Shown: positions 25,526-32,000 of the stretch, piece after piece
How the letters are laid out: each line of letters opens with the position of its first letter
How positions within the stretch are numbered: the stretch's first letter is position 1
Source of the DNA: Pyrobaculum calidifontis JCM 11548
GTDB taxonomy: Archaea; Thermoproteota; Thermoprotei; Thermoproteales; Thermoproteaceae
Length of the DNA stretch: 32,000 nucleotides
Direction: 5' to 3'
Assembly (NCBI RefSeq): GCF_000015805.1
Contig: NC_009073.1
Location: forward strand, 420,001-452,000
The notes under the pieces: model-generated
The model's input: only the letters and a program-made list of their open reading frames with translations
Told to the model about the DNA's origin: nothing
Database searches by the model: none
Program-made: the position numbers and the translations under genes

Positions 25526-26214
25526 CGCAACCCACCCACCTCCTCCACCAGCGCCTTATAGGCCCTTTCGTGCTCCTCAGTCCACGCGACGCCGCTTTTC
25601 AACCTCTCTATGTAACGTATCACTGCCTTAACCAGGCTCTTCACAGCCGCGGCGGCCTCCTCCCTCGTCCTGTACTTGCTGAGGGCCATGTCCGGGTCTG
25701 GGCCGTGGTACTGATAGTCGTGGAGGTTCAAAGCACCATATGTGATATATGTAACGTCCTCATACCCTAGTTGCTCAAGCATCTGCGAAAGCGGTATCAT
25801 CTTCGTAGTGGGGACTCGGGGCACTGCCCTCTCCTCAAGCCAACGCCGCTCTTCCTCCGTCTTGGCCAAGGTCTTCAGCCTGTCCAGCTCCAGCCTGAGA
25901 AGAGCCGCCAGCACAGCCCTCCACGCTTGAAAAGCCTTCCCAGCCGCGTTACGCGTTAAACCACGCCTGAGAAATTCGAGGGCCAGCCTAGCCTCCACCA
26001 AAGCCTCAAGAAGGCGGGCAGAGGCGTAGTCCGCAGAGGAGGGCTTTGGGAGCGGGCGCTCAATAGCTTCTTCCACGGCTAGATAGAGCGGCTGGTATAT
26101 ATGCGTTACAGCTTCTTCCAATAAGGCATCAACGGCCACAGCTGAGATGAGGCTAGAAGCTGCCACGCCGCATCCAACAGCGCCGCTAGGCCCTAATAAG
26201 CACGATATGGCCAT
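25522..26214 (-). CDS. PaREP1-like family protein
   Basis: ARLLEALVEARLALEFLRRGLTRNAAGKAFQAWRAVLAALL...LHDYQYHGPD matches my recollection of the archaeal PaREP1/PaREP8 helical family. The start is set at the internal ATG 26214; the ORF opens at 26328. Confidence 0.6.
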   Translation of the reverse strand: MAISCLLGPSGAVGCGVAASSLISAVAVDALLEEAVTHIYQPLYLAVEEAIERPLPKPSSADYASARLLEALVEARLALEFLRRGLTRNAAGKAFQAWRAVLAALLRLELDRLKTLAKTEEERRWLEERAVPRVPTTKMIPLSQMLEQLGYEDVTYITYGALNLHDYQYHGPDPDMALSKYRTREEAAAAVKSLVKAVIRYIERLKSGVAWTEEHERAYKALVEEVGGLR

Positions 26215-26460
26215 CGAAACGCCGCGTGTCAAAAGCGCGTTCTCCGAAAATAAAACACTCAGCAATGTAACGCAACCGTGGCTAAGCCGACTAAATTTAT
26301 AAGAGTGGACAAGCACATGGTGCAACACGGTTCGGCTCTACCTCAGGAATTGGCGATGCATAGAGGAAGTGGAGATCTCTCTAGAACCTGTTACTCATCG
26401 GGAGGAACTCTAGGAGCATTATTCCGAGTAGTGGCTCGCCCCCTCCCCCGCTCAGAAGCT

Positions 26461-26688
26461 CTACTGTACACCTCCCCTGCTCTTGACGAGCTTTTCCACA
26501 TACTCGAGCAACCACTCGACCTGCGGAAGATCTAACTCGACGTCCTCAGCCGCAAGCTTCGCCTCGTGGAAGCCCCACACGTGCAAGCTGTAAGCGGCGT
26601 CCCACGCGCTTTTCACCCGAGGCTCACTCACACCCCTAAAAACATATCGCCAAACGCGCAGAGACATCTGTTGAAAACCTCCACACAT
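26461..26688 (-). pseudogene. PaREP1-like C-terminal fragment (probably a decayed second copy extending to ~26870)
   Basis: SAWDAAYSLHVWGFHEAKL... parallels the GALNLHDYQYHG block of the neighbouring gene. Upstream minus-strand frames (26636-26866) carry possible N-terminal remnants in another frame. Confidence 0.35.
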
Positions 26689-26964
26689 CCCTCGCCACTA
26701 GAGCCCTACCTCGCCCACATGGCCAGAGGACCTTCGCCTCATTCCACGGCCGTTGTCTCAGGTATTGCGCAGGTCCTGCAAAGCTGACGTAGCAACTGGC
26801 AGTTGTAAGTAAAAATCCCCATATATGCACTGCCATAGGCTCAATAGACCTCGTAGAACTCCCCAAAAAGAGCGCTCAGACTCCACTGGCCCGCGGACAG
26901 GGAAGGCGGCGCGGACACACCCCACGCCGAAATTTTCAACGCGCATAGTTGCGACATACGCGTA

Positions 26965-27345
26965 TTGAAATCTAAGATAAGGCACACGGACAAGGAAGCC
27001 GAGTGCCAAGCGCTGTTCGACACAGGCTCAGGCATCACGGCAATACAACGAGCGTTCTTCGAAGAACACTTCGACACCAACCGGCTAAAGCTCGAGAAAC
27101 CCCAGAGAGTGCATTGGATAAACGGCAACTCCATTGAGATAGACAAATACGCGCCAATCACAATAGTCAAGACGAGATAGACCTCCCAGAAACCGCATTC
27201 ACCGTGGACAGCTACGTAAGAGCCGAATTAGAGGACAGGAGGGTCGCCACCCGAGCTAATCATAAGCTCTGGGGACAATGGACAAATACGGCATAGCACT
27301 AGGTCCAGAAGAGAGAGTCAAAGTAAGCAAGGCAATACTGTTAAC
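26965..27345 (+). pseudogene. Retropepsin-like aspartic protease, disrupted by a stop and frameshifts
   Basis: ALFDTGSGITAI has the D-T-G-S active-site loop in the right context. The reading frame stops at 27180. Homology-like sequence continues in two other frames (LPETAFTVDSYV..., then TMDKYGIALGPEERVKV, resembling the usual C-terminal xxLGxDxL...D block). Confidence 0.55.
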
Positions 27346-27420
27346 AAAACCCACAGTTACCTACAACACGGAGAGAACGAAAACCAGAGAACCCTTAAAA
27401 TCTGCACACCGTTTAGACAT

Positions 27421-28444
27421 GTGAAGAGGATCAGGGTCTCTTTCGCCGGCCTTGAGGTCGAGTTTGTGGATAGGGATAGCTCTTGCGCAGATTAAAGAGT
27501 TCGGCGAAAGGGGGACTTTCCCAGTCTACGTCGTCTACGGCCCCGAGGGGTGTGGCAAGACTGCCTTCCTCAAGCAGGCTAAAGCCGTCCTTGAAGAGGA
27601 GTTTGGCTATCACGTCATATACGCGAGCCCTCTGGCAGATGATGCGAAAGAGATCTTGTACACCCCCTCGATCCGCGAAATTGTCGAAGAAGTCTTAAAG
27701 GCCCCTCCAGATCCCCGCCTAAAACTCGTCGACGTAGTTGTAGCTATCGTCAAAAGAGTTGTGAGAAAGGTAAGGAGGCCCAAAATCGCGGTCCTCATGG
27801 ACGACGTATTCCAAGCGGTGGGCCTAGACGAAGCGGAGAGATACACAAAGACGTTGCTAAACCTAATAGAACACCCACCAGAGAAGTATGAAAAATCGTC
27901 GTCCTCGTCGCCTCCAGCGAGGGCGTTACATGGGAGCGCGTGGGACGGCACAGCTGGGTAGACATCTTCGTCATGTGGAATATGCCGCGGAGCGGCTTTG
28001 AACAACTGTACGACGCACTACCAGGCCCAAAGCCTCCCTTCGACGAGGTTTGGAGGGCGACTGGGGGGAAACCCAGGAATACTCTCAATGCTCTTCAAGA
28101 GACAGTGGGATACTGGACAAGTGGTAAAGTGGCTTATTGCCTCTAAGGGCCTTGGCGATGTGTTGCCTGTGCTTAGCCGTGTTAAGCTTGAAGTTCTTAG
28201 AGAGGCTGTGGAGGACCCCGACGTGATACTTGAAAGAATAAGGGAGAGGGAGGTGCAAGAGCTCAGAGATCTGCTCGTCGAAAAGAACTTGATCGTCAGA
28301 GTGTGGGATAGAGACCAGTACCCCTGGGTCGACACCCCACCACCCGAGCGCGACCCAGAGCTAGGCATAGGGAAACATTATGCGTGGCAAACGCCCCTAC
28401 ACAGAGAGGCGGTGAGAAGGGCACTAGAGACGCTCCGCGACTAG
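27421..28444 (+). pseudogene. Archaeal-type P-loop ATPase, frameshifted paralogue of 29036-30052
   Basis: It is collinear with the intact copy across three frames: VKRIRVSFAGLEVEFVDRD | IALAQIKEFGERGTFPVYVVYGPEGCGKTAFLKQAKAVLEEEFGYHV...EKYEK | IVVLVASSEGVTWERVGRHSW...FDEVWRATGG | NPGILS...DPELGIGKHYAWQTPLHREAVRRALE. Frame changes occur near 27475, at the A5 run 27891-27895 and at the G6 run 28063-28068. Confidence 0.8.
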
Positions 28445-28516
28445 AAGAGCCACACGACCAGAGACGCCCAGACGCGCCACCGCACGCCGGCGAAACACTT
28501 AAATCCTCCCCACGTC

Positions 28517-28885
28517 GTGGCGCGTATGCCCTCGCCGCCGGTGTTGCACCGGCTGTTGGCTGTTAGGTCTTTGGCGCTGCGTAGGGGTGTTTGGTTTAGG
28601 GTTAGGCCGGCGGCGAGGGCGCTCATTGACGCAGTCATCCTCCACCTTCGCCGTGGGGGCCGGGTGAAGTCGCCCGCCCTCCTGGAAGCGGTGAGGAGGG
28701 CCGTTGAGGAGGTCGTGGCCCTCGCCGCGCCCCTCCGCGTAAAGGCGAAGGCCCTGGGATACGCCATAGCCGCCAAGCTCGGCATCACGGTAGACGAGGA
28801 GAAGGCAATAGCCCTAGGAATACAATGGATAAACACCCCAAAGAGATACAGAGGAGAAGCGCCGCCCATATTCACATGGCTATGA
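28517..28885 (+). CDS. Hypothetical basic helical protein between the two ATPase copies
   Basis: 122-aa ORF with protein-like helical composition; the opposite-strand ORF looks like a shadow. ATG 28526 is an alternative start, ~26 nt from CACTTAAATCC. Confidence 0.45.
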   Translation: MARMPSPPVLHRLLAVRSLALRRGVWFRVRPAARALIDAVILHLRRGGRVKSPALLEAVRRAVEEVVALAAPLRVKAKALGYAIAAKLGITVDEEKAIALGIQWINTPKRYRGEAPPIFTWL

Positions 28886-29035
28886 CCCCCCTCACTAAGC
28901 CAAACCGGTGAAGAAGGCTAAGACCGCCCACGAATCCTGAGAAGTACGTCGTTGAGATCTCGCCATGAAGCAAGCCGAGGAGGTGCCCAAAGCGGCAGGG
29001 AGGTAACCTCTTAAACTTCTACGGGCGGCACACCC

Positions 29036-30052
29036 GTGAAGAGAATCAAGCTGATCTTTGCCGGCAGGGACGTGGAGTTTACAGACAGAGACGTGGCCCT
29101 GGAGCAAATAGCCAAGCTAGCCGAGAGAGGCACCTACACAGTACACGTCGTGTACGGCCCCGAGGGCTGTGGCAAGACGGCCCTCCTCAAACAGGCCAAA
29201 GCCGTCCTAGAGGAGGAGTTCGGCTACCACGTCTTATACGCCAATCCTCTAGCCAAGAGGACGGAGGAGATTCTCCAATACTCTCCCTCGGCGAGGGAGC
29301 TTGTGGAGAAGGCATTCAGCGTATTCTCTGACCCATTAGCCAAGGCCGTAGACCTGGTAATAAACGTGGCAGGGTGGATAATCCAAAAATTCCACAAGGC
29401 AAAGGTTGCGGTCCTCATGGACGACATATTCCAAGCCATTGGAGTTGAGAATGCAGAGGCCTACGTCAAAGCTCTACTCAACTTGATAGAGTGGCCACCC
29501 GCCGAATACGACAAAATAGTCGTGCTAGTGGCATCGAGCGAAGGAATAACCAGGGAGCGTGTAGGAAGACATAGGTGGGCAACTATCAAGGTGATGTGGA
29601 ACATGTCGAAGGATGGCTTTCGCCAGCTATACGACGTGCTACCAGACCCAAAGCCCCCATTCGACGATGTGTGGAGGTGGACTGGGGGCAATCCCGACGC
29701 CCTAGAGGGGCTTTTTGAGGCTGGGTGGGACGTGGAGAGAGTTGTGGAAGACTTGGCAGTTGACAAGGGGCTGAGCGCGGCCTTTGCCGAGAGGTGGAGG
29801 GCGCATTTGGCCAAGGCGCTGGAGGATCCAGACTACCTCTGGGAAGAACCTGAGGCAGAGGGACTGGCAAAAGAGCTAGTGGAGAAAAACCTCGTAGTAT
29901 TGTTAAAGGGAAGGAGGCCAGACGCCTGGGTCGACCAGCCGCCCCCCGAGCGAGACCCAGAGCTAGGCATCGGAAAACACTACGCTTGGCAGACGCCCCT
30001 ACACAGAGAGGCTGTGAGGCGGGCGCTGGAGCAGGCCCAAAAATCTGCATGA
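29036..30052 (+). CDS. Archaeal-type P-loop ATPase (Arch_ATPase/AAA-like)
   Basis: 338-aa ORF with FTDRDVALEQIAKLAERGTYTVHVVYGPEGCGKTALLKQ (Walker A) and VAVLMDDIFQ (Walker B-like hhhhDD). The GTG start is ~24 nt downstream of CTCTTAAACTTC. Confidence 0.85.
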   Translation: MKRIKLIFAGRDVEFTDRDVALEQIAKLAERGTYTVHVVYGPEGCGKTALLKQAKAVLEEEFGYHVLYANPLAKRTEEILQYSPSARELVEKAFSVFSDPLAKAVDLVINVAGWIIQKFHKAKVAVLMDDIFQAIGVENAEAYVKALLNLIEWPPAEYDKIVVLVASSEGITRERVGRHRWATIKVMWNMSKDGFRQLYDVLPDPKPPFDDVWRWTGGNPDALEGLFEAGWDVERVVEDLAVDKGLSAAFAERWRAHLAKALEDPDYLWEEPEAEGLAKELVEKNLVVLLKGRRPDAWVDQPPPERDPELGIGKHYAWQTPLHREAVRRALEQAQKSA

Positions 30053-30122
30053 AGCTGGGCCACGGCTTTTCGCAAGAAAAATAAACATCGTAAAGCTATT
30101 ATAGCAGACGGACATCGGTGAT

Positions 30123-31169
30123 GTGGGCATGGGCTACGTAAAGGGCCTGGAGGTAGAGGGCTACCGCGGGCTCCGCAAGGCGAGCCTAACCGACTTCGCA
30201 GGGATAAACGTGTTCGTGGGCAAAAACGGCAGCGGGAAGTCCTCCCTCCTCGAAGCCCTCTACATAGCCCTCAAGCCGTTTGACGGGCTGAAGCACGTAG
30301 TCAAGAGACGCGGCTGGTTTGGCCTAGCGTCGGCAGAGGCGCTATTCCACGGCAGGGATAGTGAGATCAAGATAAGAATAACGTTGGAGGATGGGTCTTG
30401 GGAGGAGGTGATAATAAGACGCAGTGCGCCTACCGTAGGTCATATAGAGGCACTTAAGGCCAAGGGCCTAGACGCCAGCAAACTATATGCGCTCAGCATA
30501 AGCGCAAAGGGCAAAGTCGCCGGAGATGCAACATTTTATGTAGACCCCAGCGGTAAATGTCTTACGCTTTTTGAAAAGGGGGAAGGGATGGTTTACGGCG
30601 CGACGTTCATTGACTGGAACAGCGTCTACTCCTACGGCACTCCAGAGGAAGCCTATTCCACCATGGTGAAAGAGGGCGGTGAAGAGGCTAAGGAAGCCGT
30701 CATCAAGACTTTACAAGCTGAATACGAGGAGCTTCGCGACATCGCAGTCCTTCGTGCATACGACGAATGGGTGCTCCATCTAACCTTTAAGGACGGGGCC
30801 GTTCCATACTACGTAGCAGGCGACGGCATTAGATACGCCCTGATGTACCTCATGGCCGTGTCCACGCCCAAAGAAGCCGTGTTGCTAATGGAGGAGCCGG
30901 AGCTACATGCCCATCCGAGACTGATGAAGATAGTGGCCAACTCCATCCTCCACACCCACCGCGAAAGGAGAAACCAGGTATTCCTCTCAACCCACAGCCT
31001 AGAGCTAATAGAGATGTTAATCGAACAAGCCGAGAAGCTCGGACTAAAAGACCAAGACCTGAAAATCTACAGACTCGCGCTAAAAAACGGCGTCCTCTAC
31101 AGCAAGGTGTACACCTTAAGCGAAGCCCTAGACGCCGTCAAAAAACTCGAATGGGACCTCAGGAGGTAA
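30123..31169 (+). CDS. ABC/SMC-type ATPase of the OLD/AAA_15/AAA_21-like kind, stand-alone
   Basis: Walker A GKNGSGKSS at residues ~33-41 after a beta-hairpin N-terminus (LEVEGYRGLRKASLTDFAGINVFVG). Signature-like VAGDGIRYAL, Walker B-like VLLMEEPELHAHP, and an H-loop FLSTHS. A TATA-like CTATTATAG lies ~25 nt upstream. Confidence 0.8.
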   Translation: MGMGYVKGLEVEGYRGLRKASLTDFAGINVFVGKNGSGKSSLLEALYIALKPFDGLKHVVKRRGWFGLASAEALFHGRDSEIKIRITLEDGSWEEVIIRRSAPTVGHIEALKAKGLDASKLYALSISAKGKVAGDATFYVDPSGKCLTLFEKGEGMVYGATFIDWNSVYSYGTPEEAYSTMVKEGGEEAKEAVIKTLQAEYEELRDIAVLRAYDEWVLHLTFKDGAVPYYVAGDGIRYALMYLMAVSTPKEAVLLMEEPELHAHPRLMKIVANSILHTHRERRNQVFLSTHSLELIEMLIEQAEKLGLKDQDLKIYRLALKNGVLYSKVYTLSEALDAVKKLEWDLRR

Positions 31170-31882
31170 GACGCAAGACGTTGATACTTCTCACGGAGGG
31201 TCTAGTCGAGGAAATAGTCTACTCCAGCATGCTGGAAAAACTATACGGCGGCAGACAAGTAGAGTGCGAAGATGCGCCAACACCGTTGGAAGCGCTCATA
31301 GATCCCCTCATACGACGCGCCAAATGCTATACTCTAGAACATGGAGACCTTATAGTCATAGTCAACAGCAGAGGGTATGAAAATCTCAGAAACACAATCA
31401 GACAACTACTCACACAGCCAGAGCTCCCCGAAGCCCTCGGCCAACTCGACCTACGCATAGCAGTCGCGGCCGACAGAGACAAGAACCCCACCGAGAGCAT
31501 CAGAGGAGTACTATCGTCAATGGGCCTCCAGGCAACAGGAGGCGACACCCTCACCGTTGAGCTCGGCAACGGGGCCAAGTTGGCCATACACGTAATAGAA
31601 CAGGGAGGCGAGGGAGACACTGCCACAGGGGAAATAGAAGACGAGCTAAGAAAACTCGTTGAGACGCTAAAGCCAGAGCTACAACACGCCGCCAAGAAGG
31701 TAGAGGAGATCTACGGGCCACTAACCGACAAGCAGAAGCTACTAATCTACCTGGCACTACTAGAGCGCAAACCCAAGATAAGAGAGCTGTACGAGCTCTT
31801 CAGAGAGGCGGTGGCGGCGGCCAGCAGAGACGCCATAGAACACCTGGGCCTAGCCAAAGGCCTAGGAAAAGCGCTCGGATAG
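31151..31882 (+). CDS. Toprim-like (DUF4276/DUF4435-like) partner protein of the ATPase
   Basis: Its start overlaps the ATPase gene end by 19 nt. LILLTEGLVEE (hydrophobic strand + EGxxE) at residues 11-21 and IAVAADRDKN (strand + DxD) at ~103-112 match the acidic-residue layout of Toprim folds. The C-terminal part is helical. Confidence 0.45.
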   Translation: MGPQEVRRKTLILLTEGLVEEIVYSSMLEKLYGGRQVECEDAPTPLEALIDPLIRRAKCYTLEHGDLIVIVNSRGYENLRNTIRQLLTQPELPEALGQLDLRIAVAADRDKNPTESIRGVLSSMGLQATGGDTLTVELGNGAKLAIHVIEQGGEGDTATGEIEDELRKLVETLKPELQHAAKKVEEIYGPLTDKQKLLIYLALLERKPKIRELYELFREAVAAASRDAIEHLGLAKGLGKALG

Positions 31883-31893
31883 CCGCGCGCAGA

Positions 31894-32000
31894 ATGCTCC
31901 TTGAGGCAATCGCCATCGCGCTGACGGCGGCGCACTTCGGGGCGCCCCTGCTCTACTACTGGCGCGCAAAGAGGTGGCTCAAAAAGCCCTGGGACGTCGC
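31894..32000 (+). CDS. 5' end of a membrane protein gene (partial, runs off the window)
   Basis: ATG 31894 opens MLLEAIAIALTAAHFGAPLLYYWRAKRWLKKPWDV..., a hydrophobic N-terminal helix followed by basic residues. The ORF is still open at the window end. Confidence 0.3.
   Translation, partial: MLLEAIAIALTAAHFGAPLLYYWRAKRWLKKPWDV

Noticed and set aside
24804-25770. Alternative-frame ORFs 24804-25169 and 25192-25770 (+)
   Set aside because: They are out of frame with the clearly motif-bearing HEPN and MNT genes, and their Arg/Pro/Gly-rich sequences are typical of off-frame translation.
28441-28875. 144-aa minus-strand ORF opposite the 122-aa basic ORF
   Set aside because: Ala/Arg/Thr/Ser-rich and low-complexity with no promoter box. 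The plus-strand reading has helical, protein-like sequence and a TATA-like box upstream.
1-32000. CRISPR arrays, rRNA genes, classical IS elements with DDE transposases
   Set aside because: I saw no regularly spaced short direct repeats, no rRNA-like sequence and no transposase-like ORF anywhere in the window. The only long repeat pairs are the 15.8/18.0-kb inverted repeat and the ATPase gene duplication.

Overview
This looks like a chromosomal segment from a hyperthermophilic crenarchaeon of the Pyrobaculum/Thermoproteus type. Supporting signs: it is GC-rich, it encodes PaREP1-like proteins and an aeropin-like serpin, and A/T-rich TATA-like boxes sit about 25 nt upstream of most start codons, which implies leaderless mRNAs. 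Positions 1 to about 15.1 kb are ordinary core genome: MTAP, aSUI1, ArgRS, ribosomal proteins eS28/eL24/L7Ae, a Liv-type ABC transporter, tRNA-Ser(GCU), an aldo-keto reductase, PurP, a 2-hydroxyacid dehydrogenase and a TPP enzyme. From about 15.1 kb to the end the window is an accessory mosaic with many decayed genes. It contains: (i) a 2.4-kb cassette bounded by ~200-bp inverted repeats whose inner 101 bp are perfectly identical, carrying one AT-richer 609-616 aa ORF with LAGLIDADG-like motifs; (ii) Nudix and PaREP1-like gene debris next to a secreted or anchored serpin; (iii) a DUF488-like/nucleotidyltransferase fusion; (iv) two paralogous coiled-coil + PD-(D/E)xK-like proteins; (v) a HEPN/MNT toxin-antitoxin pair; (vi) PaREP1-like genes; (vii) a decayed retropepsin-like gene; (viii) a tandem pair of archaeal-type ATPases, one broken by frameshifts at homopolymer runs; (ix) an overlapping two-gene module of an ABC/OLD-type ATPase plus a Toprim-like protein, resembling split OLD/AbiL/PARIS systems. 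The best candidates for undescribed biology are the inverted-repeat cassette (15781-18170) and the ATPase/Toprim-like pair (30123-31882). All family assignments come from motif reading by eye; no database search was possible.
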